DNA from: Candidatus Marinacidobacterium sp.
GTDB taxonomy: Bacteria > Acidobacteriota > Vicinamibacteria > Marinacidobacterales > Marinacidobacteraceae
DNA length: 64,000 nt
Direction of reading: 5' to 3'
NCBI GenBank assembly: GCA_965220965.1
Contig: OZ244852.1
Location: forward strand, 1,632,001 to 1,696,000
Part shown: in pieces, positions 9,765 through 21,930 of the stretch
Layout of the letters: each line of letters opens with the position of its first letter
Numbering within the stretch: position 1 is the stretch's first letter
Made by a program: the position numbers and the translations under genes
The notes under the pieces: generated by a model
Database searches by the model: none
Seen by the model: only the letters and a program-made list of their open reading frames with translations
What the model was told of the DNA's origin: nothing

Positions 9765-12335
9765 CTAGTCGGCGAGCACCCGCAGGGGCTTCCGGCGCAG
9801 GACATCGGCGGCCGCCACCGCGCCGACGACCGCCGCCCCGACCGAGGGGAGCGCCACCGCGAACGCGGCGATCATCGGCTCGGCGGCGAACGGGAGCAGC
9901 ATGACGTGCCGCACCACGATCCAGACGGTCGCGGCGGCGCCGATCGCGGCGGCGGCGCCGGCGATCGCGCCGATCGCCCCGTGCTCGAGCAGCGTCACCG
10001 CGACCACCCGGATGCTCCCGGCCCCGAAGACCCGGAGGACGGCGGTTTCCCGCCGGCGGGCGCCGATATGGACGGCCACCGAACCGGTGAGGATCAGCAG
10101 GCCGCCGAGGAGCGCGATGAGGCCGACGACGCGGATCGCGAGCGCGACGGTGTCAGCCACCTGCTGCATCGTGTTCAGAACGTCGCGAAGATCCACCACC
10201 GAGACGTTCGGGAAGTCGCCGACCACGGCGCCCTGGAAGCGGGCGCGCGCGACGACATCCTCCGGCCCCCGGACGAACCCGGCGTAGGACTTCGGAAAGT
10301 CCGCCACCGAGTCGGGGTGGAACAGGAACGTGAAGCCCCCGTTGCGGGCGTTTCGCCACTCCACGTCCCGGATCGAGGTCACCCGCGCGTCGAGCGTCTC
10401 GCCCAGGATCGCGAACCGGATCGTGTCTCCCAGCCGGATCCCGTGGTCGTCGATCAGCCAGTCCTCCACCGAGACCTCGATCCCCTCGGCGGGGCGATCT
10501 CCCCAGAACTCGCCGGCGACGACGACCTCGTTGTCCTCCATCGTGGACCGGGCGCTCACGGTGTACTCGCGGCCCAGTCCCGCGCGGCGCACGGTCTGCC
10601 GGTCGGGGTACTCGAAGGTGGCGCCGAAGATCCCCTGGATCCGCGTCTGAAGCACCGGGATCAGGTTGATGTCGGGGGCGCCGCTGGCGGCGGCGCGCTC
10701 CCGGACCGCCTCGCGCTGATCCTCCTGGATGTCGAGGAAGAACAGGTCGGGCGCATCCCGGTCCTCCTGGAAGGAGAACTCCCGCTGGAGGTTCCGCTCG
10801 ATGCCGACCGCCGCGGTCACGAGGAACACGCCGACGCCGAGGGCGACGAGGACCACCCGCACCTGCGCCGCGCCCCGCAGCACCGTCCGCACCGCGTGGC
10901 GCACCGCGAAGGAGCGCGCCTTCATGAGGGCCTGCAGGCTGCGCAGCAGGAACCCTCCCAGCACCCAGAGGAGCGCCGCGACGCCGACGAAGCCGCCGGT
11001 CACCGCGAGCGTGATCAGCGCCGAGCCTGACTGCCATCCGGCGAAGGCGAAGAACCCGCAGGCGGCGGCCACCGCGACCCACCGCTCCAGCCGGGGAGCG
11101 GCGGCGCCGGCGTCCTGGTCCAGCAGCTCGCCGCTGCGCAGCAGACCGAGCGGCCGGACCCGGCGAAGCGGGACTAGCGGGAAGAGCGCCGAGAGCGTGG
11201 ACACGACGAGGCCGGTCAGCAGGCCCTGGAGCGCCGCCACCGGCGTCAGCCGGGCGGCGAACTGGATCCCGAAGCTGTCCACCGGCGGGATGAAGAGGTG
11301 AAGCGCCGCCGCGCCGATGGCGATGCCGAAGAGCGAAGCCAGCCCGGCGAGCGCGAACACCTGGAGCAGCGCGATCCACAGGATCGTGGAGGCGGGGGCG
11401 CCGAGACACCGTTCGATGGCCGCCGATCGGAGGCCCTGGCGCGCGAAGGCGCGCGCCGCGCTGAAGACGCCGATGCCGCCGAGAACGAGGATCACGAAGC
11501 CGGCGAGGCTGAGATAGTCCTCCGCCCGCTGAATCCGCCGCGCCAGACGGGCCCCGGTCTGGCGATAGGTGCGGACCCGCACCGGCTGCTCGTCGAGCGC
11601 CTCGCGCAGCCCGGAGGCCAGCGCGGTCGCCGCGGCGTCGTCAGCGACGGCGAACAGAACCTCCCGTCGGCCCCGGCCCGGGGTGTCCACCAGCCCGGTG
11701 GCCCGGAGATCCTCGAGATGGACGAGGACCCGGGGCCCGCGGGTGAAGAAGTCCACGCCCGCCCCCGGTTCCCGGAGCAGCTCCCCCCGGACCTCGAACT
11801 CTTCACCGCCCAGCAGAATGGCGTCGCCGATGGCGAGGCCGAGCCGGGCGCGCAGCTCGGGCCGCACGATCGCACCCCGGCCTTCGAGCAGGCCGGGCCG
11901 GTACTCGGCGCCCTCCGCGAGCTCCATCGCGCCGTAGAGCGGGAACGCGTCGTCCACCCCCTTGAGCTCCACCATCGCGGCGCGCACCGGATCGGCGGCC
12001 GAACGGGCCAGGGTCGCGATCTGGGCGGCGCGCGCCACGCCGGAGAGCGGGAAGAGCGAAGAGGCGTCGTCCATCGCCGCCTCGACTTCGGGGCTGAAAC
12101 CCTCGGATGTCGAGGCGACGACATCCGCGGCCATCAGGAAGCGGGACTCGGTCTCGAGCGCGTCGTGAAGGCTGTCGGCCGCCGAACGCAGCACCACGAT
12201 GGCCGCCACGCCGATGCCGACGGCGAGGAAGAAGACGAGGAGCCGCCGAACCGAGGATCGAAGCTCCCGCCCCGCCATCCGGAGCGTGAAGCGAACCGGC
12301 TGGAATTCCGGTTCGCGGGAAACGGGCGCCATCAA
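9765..12335 (-). CDS. ABC transporter permease, FtsX-like/YbbP family
   Basis: Two FtsX-type hydrophobic repeats; VELKGVDDAFPLYG, APDLFFLDIQ; follows ATPase gene. Confidence 0.88.
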   Translation of the reverse strand: MMAPVSREPEFQPVRFTLRMAGRELRSSVRRLLVFFLAVGIGVAAIVVLRSAADSLHDALETESRFLMAADVVASTSEGFSPEVEAAMDDASSLFPLSGVARAAQIATLARSAADPVRAAMVELKGVDDAFPLYGAMELAEGAEYRPGLLEGRGAIVRPELRARLGLAIGDAILLGGEEFEVRGELLREPGAGVDFFTRGPRVLVHLEDLRATGLVDTPGRGRREVLFAVADDAAATALASGLREALDEQPVRVRTYRQTGARLARRIQRAEDYLSLAGFVILVLGGIGVFSAARAFARQGLRSAAIERCLGAPASTILWIALLQVFALAGLASLFGIAIGAAALHLFIPPVDSFGIQFAARLTPVAALQGLLTGLVVSTLSALFPLVPLRRVRPLGLLRSGELLDQDAGAAAPRLERWVAVAAACGFFAFAGWQSGSALITLAVTGGFVGVAALLWVLGGFLLRSLQALMKARSFAVRHAVRTVLRGAAQVRVVLVALGVGVFLVTAAVGIERNLQREFSFQEDRDAPDLFFLDIQEDQREAVRERAAASGAPDINLIPVLQTRIQGIFGATFEYPDRQTVRRAGLGREYTVSARSTMEDNEVVVAGEFWGDRPAEGIEVSVEDWLIDDHGIRLGDTIRFAILGETLDARVTSIRDVEWRNARNGGFTFLFHPDSVADFPKSYAGFVRGPEDVVARARFQGAVVGDFPNVSVVDLRDVLNTMQQVADTVALAIRVVGLIALLGGLLILTGSVAVHIGARRRETAVLRVFGAGSIRVVAVTLLEHGAIGAIAGAAAAIGAAATVWIVVRHVMLLPFAAEPMIAAFAVALPSVGAAVVGAVAAADVLRRKPLRVLAD

Positions 12336-13081
12336 ACCGCCACCAGCGCGGGTTCTTCGGCTTCGGGCGCCGCGACGGCGGCGTCCTCCTCGTGGAGCGC
12401 CCCGCCCCGGAGGAGAAGGCGCCGGTCGGCGCGGGCCGCGAGCCCGGAGTCGTGGGTTGCGATCAGGAGCGTCGCGCCGGTCCGGTCGCGCACTCCCACC
12501 AGGAGGTCGGCGATCCGCGCGCCGGTGTCCTCATCGAGATTGCCGGTGGGCTCGTCGGCGAGGATGACCATCGGCTCGTTCGCGATGGCGCGGGCGATCG
12601 CGACGCGCTGCTGTTCGCCCCCGGAGATCTGCGAAGGCAGGTGGTGGGACCGCTCCCCCAGCCCGAAGGACTCGAGCAGTTCCCGCGCCCGGTCGTGTGC
12701 GTCGCGGACGCCGGCGATCTCCAGCGGAACGCCGACATTCTCGAGCGCGGTCAGGTTGGGCAGCAGGTGGAACGACTGGAACACGAACCCGAGGTGTTTC
12801 GCCCGGAAGCGGGCGAGCCGCTCCTCGTCGAGCGAACCGAGATCCGTCCCGGCGACCCGGACCGCGCCCGAGGTGGGAGCGTCGAGACCCGCGAGCAGAC
12901 CCAGAAGGGTGGATTTGCCGCTCCCCGACGGCCCCCGGACGCAGACGATCTCGCCCGGCCGGGCGGTCAGCTCGAGACCCTTCAGGATCGTCAGCGGCCG
13001 GTCGCCGCTCATGACCGTCTTGCCGAGACCGGTCGCCTCGATGACGGGCGCGGCGGGATCCAATGTGCTCTCTGGCGTCAC
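12332..13081 (-). CDS. ABC transporter ATP-binding protein, YbbA/LolD-like
   Basis: GPSGSGKS, ISGGEQQRVAIARA, ILADEPTGNLD, IATHD. Confidence 0.95.
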   Translation of the reverse strand: MTPESTLDPAAPVIEATGLGKTVMSGDRPLTILKGLELTARPGEIVCVRGPSGSGKSTLLGLLAGLDAPTSGAVRVAGTDLGSLDEERLARFRAKHLGFVFQSFHLLPNLTALENVGVPLEIAGVRDAHDRARELLESFGLGERSHHLPSQISGGEQQRVAIARAIANEPMVILADEPTGNLDEDTGARIADLLVGVRDRTGATLLIATHDSGLAARADRRLLLRGGALHEEDAAVAAPEAEEPALVAV

Positions 13082-13102
13082 AAACAGCGTTCCTCGATGT
13101 CT

Positions 13103-13870
13103 CTACCCGCTCCCGGAACGCGCCGGCGGAACCGCGGGTTCCCCAAGGAGCGGCTCGAGAGCCTCGGAGACGGTCGCTGCGAGTCTCCGGGCGCCCTCGG
13201 GGTTCGGATGGATGCGGTCCCTCTGGTTCAGATCCGGTTCCCCCGCCACGCCCACCAGAATGTCGGGGAGAAGCGCGACGCCGGTGTCGGCGGCGACTTC
13301 CGGGAAGACCGCGGCGAACGCCTCCTCGTAATCCAGACCGAGTTCGGGAGGCGAGGGGACCCCGGCGAGCAGGACCCGGATCCCTCGCCCTTCCGCCTCC
13401 CGGATCATGCCGCGGAGGTTGTCCGCCATCGAATCGGGCGGGGTCCCGCGGAGCCCGTCGTTCCCGCCCAGGGCGACGACCACGATCCCCGCCGCTGGCT
13501 GCCGGTCGAGGACCCAGGGGAGCCGGCGCAGCCCCCCGGCGCTCGTCTCGCCCGAGACCCCGGCATTCACCACCCGCCAGGCGTGGCCCTCCGTGTCGAG
13601 CCACTCCTGGAGGCGGGCCGGCCAGGCTTCGGTCAGGTCGATCCCGTAGCCCGCGGTCAGGCTGTCCCCGAAGGCGACGATCACCGGGCGGTCGTCCGCC
13701 TCGGCCTGCGGCGCCGGCGCGGATCGGGCCTCGACCGGACGAGCGGCGACGACTGGCTCGGGCTCGGCGCCGGCGCAACCCGACAGGAGGGCGAGCGCCG
13801 CCGCGGCGGCCAGCCAGAGGCGCGGAACGGGGTTTTCCCGCTTCGATCGGGGGCAGGCGCCTCGGAGCAT
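13103..13870 (-). CDS. GDSL/SGNH arylesterase (TesA-like), probable lipoprotein
   Basis: FGDSLTAG, NAGVSG, GGND, DRIHP blocks; lipobox LSGC; adjacent to ybbA/ybbP-like genes. Confidence 0.9.
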   Translation of the reverse strand: MLRGACPRSKRENPVPRLWLAAAAALALLSGCAGAEPEPVVAARPVEARSAPAPQAEADDRPVIVAFGDSLTAGYGIDLTEAWPARLQEWLDTEGHAWRVVNAGVSGETSAGGLRRLPWVLDRQPAAGIVVVALGGNDGLRGTPPDSMADNLRGMIREAEGRGIRVLLAGVPSPPELGLDYEEAFAAVFPEVAADTGVALLPDILVGVAGEPDLNQRDRIHPNPEGARRLAATVSEALEPLLGEPAVPPARSGSG

Positions 13871-13953
13871 CCGTCGTCTCCGGGGAACCAGCGGACGGGC
13901 TTCCGCGCCCCGGGCGGGGCGAAGGATAGCGCCGGGTAGAATCGGCGCCGCCG

Positions 13954-14418
13954 ATGGACGGGGGTGTCGACGGAGGGCCGGGAGGGAAGCCCCGGATGGT
14001 CGTCTTCCTGTGTGTCGCGAATTCGGCGCGCAGCCAGTTGGGGGAGGCGATCGCGCGCCAGATCGCGCCTCCCAACGTGCGGATCCGGAGCGCCGGATCC
14101 CAGCCGTGGAAGGTCCACCCGATGGCGATCCGGGTGCTTGCGGAGGACGGCATCGATATCTCGGGAGCGCGCTCGAAGGGGATGGACGAGATCCCGCTCG
14201 CCGAAGCGGATCTCGTGGTGACGCTGTGCGCCGACGAGGTGTGCCCGGTCACGCCGCCGACGGTCCGCCATCTCCACTGGCCCCTCCCCGACCCCGCCTG
14301 CGGCTGGACCGAGGAGGATCAGCTCGTCCGCTTCCGCGAGACGCGGGATGCGCTCCGGGCTCGCATCGCCGGGCTCTTCGCCGAGGAGTTCGGCGCCGGG
14401 ACCCGCGGCGGCGACTGA
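13954..14418 (+). CDS. arsC: Arsenate reductase, LMW-PTP family
   Basis: FLCVANSARSQ, SAGS, VTLCADEVCP, HWPLPDPA. Confidence 0.88.
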   Translation: MDGGVDGGPGGKPRMVVFLCVANSARSQLGEAIARQIAPPNVRIRSAGSQPWKVHPMAIRVLAEDGIDISGARSKGMDEIPLAEADLVVTLCADEVCPVTPPTVRHLHWPLPDPACGWTEEDQLVRFRETRDALRARIAGLFAEEFGAGTRGGD

Positions 14419-16107
14419 CTACCCGATCGACGCGATCCGCCGCGTCTCCGCGAGCGTGAGGGCGCGCGCCTCCTCGGGCGAAACGACCTCGAAGGCGACT
14501 TCGGACCCGGGCAGCGCCTGACCCAGCCGGGCCAGGTCCGGCGCCGTCACGACGCCCAGCTTGGGGTAGCCGCCGGTGGCGCCGTGCTCGGGCCCCATCA
14601 CGATGGGCCGCCCGGAAGCCGGAACCTGGACGGCACCCGGCGGGCTGGCGTCGGAGACGATCTCGTTTCGTCCGGGAACGTGGGTAAGGGCCGGGCCCTC
14701 GAGTCGGACGCCCATCCGGTTCGAGTCCCCCGACACCTTGAACCGGAGGTCCGGCAGCTCCTCGAGGCAGTCGGGCGTAAAGCAGTCGTCCTGGGGGCCG
14801 AGGCTGATCCGCAGCCGGAGCGTCCCGCGCTGCGGCGGCCGGACCGCCTCGGGGAGGAACCGGTGCTCGCGCGCTCCCGGCGACCCGGGACCGACGTGGA
14901 GCAGGTCTCCGCGGCGCAGCGAACGCCCCTCCAGCCCGCCGAACCCGGCGAGCTGGTAGGTGGACCGGGACCCCATGACCTCGGGGACCGCGATCCCGCC
15001 CGCGACCGCGAGGTAAGCCCGCAGCCCCGCCGGCGGCCCGGTGAACCGCAGGACGCTGCCCTCCGGCGCCACGACCGCCGTCCCGGGGGGCGGCTTCCAG
15101 GGGGGCCGGCCCGGCATCTGGAGGAGGGCGCCATGATCGGCGCCGCCCAGCGCGAAGGTGGCCTCACCCCGGAACCGGAGCACCGGGCCCATGAGCGCCA
15201 TCTCGAGACCCGCCGCCCCGTCCGGGTTGCCCACGACGCGGTTCGCAAGGCGCAGCGACGCCGGGTCCGAGGCTCCGGACCGCGGGACCGCCAGGTGGAG
15301 GTATCCGCGCCGCCCGAGGTCCTGGACGGTGGTCTGAAGGCCACCCTTTTCGACTTCGATCACCGGACGCCCCTCCGCCGGAACGCCGGAGCCGCGGGGC
15401 GGGGCCCGGTCGGAGCGAGGGAGGTCGGGAACCGCGCGAAACCGCACGACGTCGCCGGCGAGACAGGCGGTCGGAGGATCCCGGTCGAGGTTCCACAGGA
15501 TCGACGGGTCCACCCGGCCCAGAAGCCGCCACCCGGTGGGGGCCTCCCAGGGGTACATGCCGAGCTGCCGCCGCGCGGTGATCAGCGAGCCGGCCGGCAC
15601 GCGCAGCCGGGGAACCGGACGGCGCGGCATGTCGAGACGCGGGTCCGTCATTCCCATGTACGGGAAGCCGGGCACGAACCCCATCGAGAGGACCCGGAAG
15701 TCCCGGTCGGTGTGCAGCCGGACGACGTCGTTCACCGCGAGTCCGGCGTGCGCCGCGAGCTCCGGCAGGTCCTCCCCGTCGAACACGCAGGGGATCTCGA
15801 GGCGTCGCTGCGGCGCCGGCGCCTCGTCGCCCGCCCGCCGGGCGAGCCGGAGCGCGTGCGCGCGAATCGCGACCGGGTCGGCGGCCGGATCGTGGAGGAC
15901 CAGGACGGAGCGGTAACTCGACACGCACTCCAGATACCCCTCGAAGGGTTCTTCGTCGAGGAGTCGGGCGAGCGCGGTGGCCCGCGCGCTCAGCGCCAGC
16001 GAGATCTCGTTTCCGAACTCCACCACGAAAGCGGACGCTCCGGCCCCGAGCAGACGGGGGCCCGGAAGCCCGGCGGGCGTGGTCTCTTCGGGCGACCCGC
16101 CGTCCAC
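14419..16107 (-). CDS. Fused 5-oxoprolinase subunits PxpB-PxpC
   Basis: N-half GFVPGFPYMG, PRLRVPAGS, YPWEAPTGWRLLG (PxpB); C-half QTTVQDLGRRG, ANRVVGN, GSRST, SNRMGVRL, TGGYPK (PxpC); in-frame GTG at 16107 just downstream of pxpA. Confidence 0.88.
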   Translation of the reverse strand: MDGGSPEETTPAGLPGPRLLGAGASAFVVEFGNEISLALSARATALARLLDEEPFEGYLECVSSYRSVLVLHDPAADPVAIRAHALRLARRAGDEAPAPQRRLEIPCVFDGEDLPELAAHAGLAVNDVVRLHTDRDFRVLSMGFVPGFPYMGMTDPRLDMPRRPVPRLRVPAGSLITARRQLGMYPWEAPTGWRLLGRVDPSILWNLDRDPPTACLAGDVVRFRAVPDLPRSDRAPPRGSGVPAEGRPVIEVEKGGLQTTVQDLGRRGYLHLAVPRSGASDPASLRLANRVVGNPDGAAGLEMALMGPVLRFRGEATFALGGADHGALLQMPGRPPWKPPPGTAVVAPEGSVLRFTGPPAGLRAYLAVAGGIAVPEVMGSRSTYQLAGFGGLEGRSLRRGDLLHVGPGSPGAREHRFLPEAVRPPQRGTLRLRISLGPQDDCFTPDCLEELPDLRFKVSGDSNRMGVRLEGPALTHVPGRNEIVSDASPPGAVQVPASGRPIVMGPEHGATGGYPKLGVVTAPDLARLGQALPGSEVAFEVVSPEEARALTLAETRRIASIG

Positions 16108-16136
16108 GCCCAGGGATCCGGCCTTCGGGTCAGAGC

Positions 16137-16892
16137 TCAGGCGAGCGCCGCGACCTCGACCCCGGCGTCCTCGAGGCGGCGGCGCACGGTGCGGGCGTTG
16201 CCGAGCGCGGCGGGGTTGTCCCCGTGGAGGCAGAGGGTCTCGGCGTCGAGCTCCACGCGGCTCCCGTCGTGGGCGGTCACGAAGCCGCCCGCGATCTCGA
16301 CCGCCTGCGCCGCCGCCCGCTCCGGGTCGTGGATCACCGATCCGGCGATCGCGCGCGACTGGAGCGTTCCATCCGGGTTGTAGACGCGGTCCGCAAACGC
16401 CTCGCCGGCGTAGCGCAGCCCGGCGGCGACCGCCGCCTCCCGCATCGCCTTCGACGTCGCCAGCCCGACGAAGATCAGGTCCGTGCTCAGCCGCGCGACT
16501 CCGCGCGACAGCGCCCCGGCGAGATCCGGATCGCCGACCGCCTGGTTGTAGAGCATCCCGTGGGGCTTCACGTGGACCATGCGCCCCCCGCGGGACCCGA
16601 CGAACGCGGAAAGCGCCCCGACCTGGTAGACGACATCGGCTTCCGCCTCGGCGGGCGTGACCTGGATCCGCCGCCGCCCGAAACCCCGCAGGTCGTGGTG
16701 CCCGGGATGCGCCCCCACCGACACCCCGCGCTCCATCGCGAGCTGCACCGTCCGGTCCATGATGAGCGGGTCCCCGGCGTGGAACCCGCAGGCCACGTTC
16801 GCCGAGGTCACGATCTCGAGGATCTCCTCGTCGCAGCCGAGGGCGTAGTTGCCGAAGCTCTCGCCCATGTCGCAGTTCAGGTCGATGCGCAT
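16137..16892 (-). CDS. pxpA: 5-oxoprolinase subunit A (LamB/YcsF)
   Basis: IDLNCDMGESFG, SANVACGFHAGD, HVKPHGMLYN, EAFADRVY, TLCLHGD. Confidence 0.95.
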   Translation of the reverse strand: MRIDLNCDMGESFGNYALGCDEEILEIVTSANVACGFHAGDPLIMDRTVQLAMERGVSVGAHPGHHDLRGFGRRRIQVTPAEAEADVVYQVGALSAFVGSRGGRMVHVKPHGMLYNQAVGDPDLAGALSRGVARLSTDLIFVGLATSKAMREAAVAAGLRYAGEAFADRVYNPDGTLQSRAIAGSVIHDPERAAAQAVEIAGGFVTAHDGSRVELDAETLCLHGDNPAALGNARTVRRRLEDAGVEVAALA

Positions 16893-16969
16893 GCGATGTC
16901 CCCCGCTCCTTCAGGACCGGTGAACCCGGCCGCTCCAATTATCCGCGGGACGGCGGAGCGCGCCCGGGC

Positions 16970-16975
16970 TAGAAT
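16970..16975 (+). promoter_or_regulatory. Putative -10 element (TAGAAT) of a leaderless thx transcript
   Basis: TAGAAT 6 nt upstream of ATG 16982, no SD. Confidence 0.6.
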
Positions 16976-16981
16976 TCCCTC

Positions 16982-17068
16982 ATGGGCAAGGGCGACCGGC
17001 GCACGAAGCGCGGCAAGATCTTCCAGGGCACGACCGGGAAGCGCCGACCGAAGCGCCCCAAGAAGTAG
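16982..17068 (+). CDS. thx: 30S ribosomal protein bTHX (Thx)
   Basis: Manual translation MGKGDRRTKRGKIFQGTTGKRRPKRPKK*, matching the Thx pattern MGKGD(R/K)(R/K)T.RGKI..G..GK.RP; below the ORF-track length cut-off. Confidence 0.93.
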   Translation: MGKGDRRTKRGKIFQGTTGKRRPKRPKK

Positions 17069-17075
17069 CGAAGCG

Positions 17076-17097
17076 CCTCCGGCGGGGCCGGAGGTTT
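17076..17097 (+). terminator. Putative intrinsic terminator after thx
   Basis: CCTCCGGC-GGG-GCCGGAGG hairpin followed by TTT. Confidence 0.55.
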
Positions 17098-17116
17098 GCG
17101 CGAGAGGCGGTTCGGC

Positions 17117-18082
17117 GTGCCGCCGGCTGAGCAGGGCGCCGCCGCCTCGGCGGCATTCGTCGGATATCTCCGGTCGAAGGCGACGGTCGACGCGCGGGCG
17201 CTGAACCGCGAGGTCCGGGCAGCCGCCGCAGCGGCGATTCGCCGCCGCGCCGCCGCGCTGGCGCCCGCCGGGACGTTCCGCGCGCTCGAGGTGGGCGCCG
17301 GCGCCGGACACGCCTTCTCGCGGTGGATGGACCTCCTCGCTCCCTGCCCCCGGGTCGATTTCCTCGCCACCGACGCCGACCCTGCGGTCCTCGCCGTATC
17401 CCGGGGCGAAGCGCTGCGCTGGGGCGCGGCCTCCGACCTGACGCTCACGCGCTCCGAGCCCGACCACATCGCGTTCGAAGGGGCGGGCGCCGATTCGCGC
17501 CGCGTCGATATCCGCCTTCGTCCCCTCACCCTCCCGGAGGAGACACCGCCCGGCCGCTTCGACCTGGTCGTCTCCCAGTCGCTGTGGGACCTCCTTCCGC
17601 GAGGCGCGGCGCGGGACTTCGCGGCGCGCGTCCTGGCGCCCGGCGGGGTGTTCCATGCGGCGCTGACCTTCGCGGGCGCGACGATGTTCGCCCCGCCGCA
17701 CCCCTCGGACGCCGTGATCCTCGACAACTACCACCGGAGCATGGGCGGCGCCCGGGGTGGAGACCCGAACGCCGGCGACCGGCTGGTCGAGGACTTCCGC
17801 GCTCCCGGTTCCGGCTTCCGCGAGCTCGCATCGGGACGCTCCGACTGGGCGGTCATCCCCGAGGGGGGCCGCTATCACGCGGACGAGCGGCTCTTCCTCG
17901 AGACCATCCTCGGCTTCGTGGAGAAGGAGGCCGCCGCCAACCCGGCCATCCCCGAAGCGGAGCGGCGCGACTGGTCGGGCGCCCGACGCGCCCAGCTCGC
18001 CGAGGGCCGGCTGGCCTACACCGCGCGGCAGATGGACCTCGCGGCGGAGCGGATCAGTCCGGCGAACTCCTCGTCTCGATGA
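17117..18082 (+). CDS. Class I SAM-dependent methyltransferase
   Basis: ALEVGAGAG motif [26 protein letters not shown]; GTG 17117 with GAGAGG SD. Confidence 0.75.
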   Translation: MPPAEQGAAASAAFVGYLRSKATVDARALNREVRAAAAAAIRRRAAALAPAGTFRALEVGAGAGHAFSRWMDLLAPCPRVDFLATDADPAVLAVSRGEALRWGAASDLTLTRSEPDHIAFEGAGADSRRVDIRLRPLTLPEETPPGRFDLVVSQSLWDLLPRGAARDFAARVLAPGGVFHAALTFAGATMFAPPHPSDAVILDNYHRSMGGARGGDPNAGDRLVEDFRAPGSGFRELASGRSDWAVIPEGGRYHADERLFLETILGFVEKEAAANPAIPEAERRDWSGARRAQLAEGRLAYTARQMDLAAERISPANSSSR

Positions 18083-19193
18083 TCCGGTCGAGTTCCGTCC
18101 GGAGCCGGTCGAGGATCCGGTCGTAGGGGTAGGCGCCCAGCGCCTCCGGCCCCCGCTTCAGGTTCACGAACGCCGGGCCGCACCACAGCCCCAGGTCGGC
18201 GTCGTCGGTCTCGCCCGGGCCATTCACCCGGCATCCCATGACCGCGATCGTGATCGCGTGGCGTTCGGCGTAGCGGGTGATCTCGCGCACGTCCTCCGCC
18301 AGCTCGATGAACTTCTCGTTCTCGACCCGGGAACACGACGGGCAGGAGATGATGTTGAGACGGTCCTTCGGGAACTCGGGCACTGACCGGAACCGGCCGT
18401 TTTCGATGTCCCGGAGGATCTCGTGGCCGGCGGTCACCTCCTCGGGCTTGCGGTCGTTGGGGAGCGTCAGCGAGACCCGCACCGTGTCCCCGATCCCCCG
18501 GCTGACGAGCTGTTCGAAGGCGATCCGGGTCTTGATGACCCCCTCCGGCGGAAGGCCCGCCTCCGTCACGCCGAGGTGAAGCGGGACCTGGGGGAGATCC
18601 TCGGCGAACCGGCGGTTCCCCTCGATGACCTGCGCCGGGTCGGAGTCCTTGAGCGAGACGACGAACCGGGTGAACCCGATCCGCTCGAGCATCTCGCAGT
18701 GCTCGGCGGCGGAGGCCACCATCGCCCCCACCGGATCGTCCCGGAAGCGGTCGCCGTGGGCGGGGTCCATCGACCCGCAGTTCACTCCGATCCGGATCGC
18801 GCAGTCGTGCTCGCCGGCGACATCGGCGAGGTACGCCACCTTGTCGGCCACCGGACGCGAGGTCTCGTGATGCCAGAGGTGGCCCGGGTTATAGCGGACC
18901 TTGTCCACATGGGGAGCGACCAGCTCCGCGAGCCGGTAGCTCTCCTGGAGGTCCACCGAGAGGTTCGCGGAGGTCCGCTTCCGGATCTCGGCGAGCGCGG
19001 CGGCCTCCTTGCGGCTGTCCACCGCGACCCGGACGATCCCCGCCCCGGCTTCCCGCAGCGCTTCGGCCTGGGCGGCGGTCGCCTCCACGTCCCGGGTGGG
19101 CGTCGCGCACATGCTCTGGACGACGATGGGATGCCCTCCGCCGACGATGACGCCGCCCACGCGCACCGACCGGGTGGGGTTCCGCACGACCAC
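18054..19193 (-). CDS. ispG: (E)-4-hydroxy-3-methylbut-2-enyl diphosphate synthase
   Basis: [65 protein letters not shown]; 3' part of ORF 18054..21149. Confidence 0.95.
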   Translation of the reverse strand: MVVRNPTRSVRVGGVIVGGGHPIVVQSMCATPTRDVEATAAQAEALREAGAGIVRVAVDSRKEAAALAEIRKRTSANLSVDLQESYRLAELVAPHVDKVRYNPGHLWHHETSRPVADKVAYLADVAGEHDCAIRIGVNCGSMDPAHGDRFRDDPVGAMVASAAEHCEMLERIGFTRFVVSLKDSDPAQVIEGNRRFAEDLPQVPLHLGVTEAGLPPEGVIKTRIAFEQLVSRGIGDTVRVSLTLPNDRKPEEVTAGHEILRDIENGRFRSVPEFPKDRLNIISCPSCSRVENEKFIELAEDVREITRYAERHAITIAVMGCRVNGPGETDDADLGLWCGPAFVNLKRGPEALGAYPYDRILDRLRTELDRIIETRSSPD

Positions 19194-19358
19194 ACCGAAA
19201 GCGTAACCGGGAGGCGCCCATTCCCTCGCAGTGACGCCGCTGCCCGGTACGGCCCACGAGTCGCCGTTAATCAGCCGACTCGATCTCGTCCTCCGGGGGC
19301 GTAGCATTCCGCCTTCGGCCCGGCTCCCGAGGAGACGCGCCGCAGCCAGGAGGTCGCC

Positions 19359-20486
19359 ATGAAGTTCGAGCCGTTCGTGATGGAGCGCAGCCTGTGCCAG
19401 TGGGAGAACACCGTCCGCTGGAACATCTCGGAGAGCGGAGTCCACCCGATGACCTTCGCCGAGCTCGCCGGCGGGGTCGACCTCGGGGATCTTCTGCTCG
19501 GCTATCCGCAGACGAACGGCACGATCCCGCTCCGGGAGCGGATCGCCGGGCTCTATCCCGGCGCGGGGGCCGACCAGGTCCTCGTTACGAACGGCTGCGC
19601 CGAGGCCAACTTCCTCGCCGCGCTCACGACTCTGGAGCCCGGGGACGAAGTCGTGGCGATGCTGCCCAACTACATGCAGGTCATCGGCGCCTGCCGGTCG
19701 CTCGGCGCGCGGGTCATCCCCTTCCCGCTCCTCGAGTCGCAGGGATGGCGGCCCGATCTGGACGCGCTCGACGCCGCGGTCGGTCCCCGGACGCGGCTCA
19801 TCGCGATCTGCAATCCGAACAACCCCACCGGAGCGGTCCTCGCCGAAGCGGAAATCGACCACATCGCCGGGACGGCGAACCGGGTGGGCGCGTGGCTGCT
19901 CGCCGACGAGGTCTACCGCGGCGCCGAACTGAACGGCGTGGAGTGCCCGAGCTTCTGGGGCCGCTGCGACCGGATGCTGCTGAACGCCGGGCTGTCGAAG
20001 GCGTTCGGCCTGCCCGGGCTGCGGATCGGGTGGACGGTGACCTCGGCCTCCAAGGCGGCCGAACTCTGGGGCCACCGCGACTACAACACGCTCGCGGTCA
20101 GCGGGATCTCGGACCGTCTGGCGCAGGTCGCGCTCGACCGGCGACCGGAGATCCTCGAGCGCACCCGCGGCATCCTGCGCCGGCAGTTGCCGCTGGTCGA
20201 GGACTGGGTGGCCTCCCACCGGGACCATCCGGTGAGCCTGTCGTGGACCCCTCCCGAGGCGACCGCGATCGCCGCGGTCCGCTACGACCACCCCATCGGT
20301 TCCGACGAACTCCAGGAGCGGCTGCGGGTCGAGAAGGACCTCCTCGTGGTCCCGGCCTCCCACTTCGAGATGGAGGGCTTCCTGCGGATCGGCTACGGCG
20401 CAGAGCCGGAAGTGCTGACGAAGAGCCTCTCGCTGATCAGCGAGATGCTGGCCGAGGTGGCGCGGGAGACCGCGGTCGCAGCGTAG
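19359..20486 (+). CDS. PLP-dependent aminotransferase class I/II
   Basis: [27 protein letters not shown]; SD AGGAGG. Confidence 0.92.
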   Translation: MKFEPFVMERSLCQWENTVRWNISESGVHPMTFAELAGGVDLGDLLLGYPQTNGTIPLRERIAGLYPGAGADQVLVTNGCAEANFLAALTTLEPGDEVVAMLPNYMQVIGACRSLGARVIPFPLLESQGWRPDLDALDAAVGPRTRLIAICNPNNPTGAVLAEAEIDHIAGTANRVGAWLLADEVYRGAELNGVECPSFWGRCDRMLLNAGLSKAFGLPGLRIGWTVTSASKAAELWGHRDYNTLAVSGISDRLAQVALDRRPEILERTRGILRRQLPLVEDWVASHRDHPVSLSWTPPEATAIAAVRYDHPIGSDELQERLRVEKDLLVVPASHFEMEGFLRIGYGAEPEVLTKSLSLISEMLAEVARETAVAA

Positions 20487-20544
20487 AGCGGCGGCTGTTA
20501 TCGGGCGCGGCGATCGCGCCTCCGCCGGGTGGGCCGGAGTTCGC

Positions 20545-21855
<1,311 letters not shown>

Positions 21856-21930
21856 GGTGTAATTCTACCGGCCGCCACACCGAATCCGATCCGGCAAGGC
21901 CGGACCGGCGCGTGACTCTGGCGGGCGCGC

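Noticed and set aside
14419-16938. 839-aa ORF spanning pxpA
   Set aside because: The upstream part is an alternate frame over pxpA; PxpB homology starts near 16107
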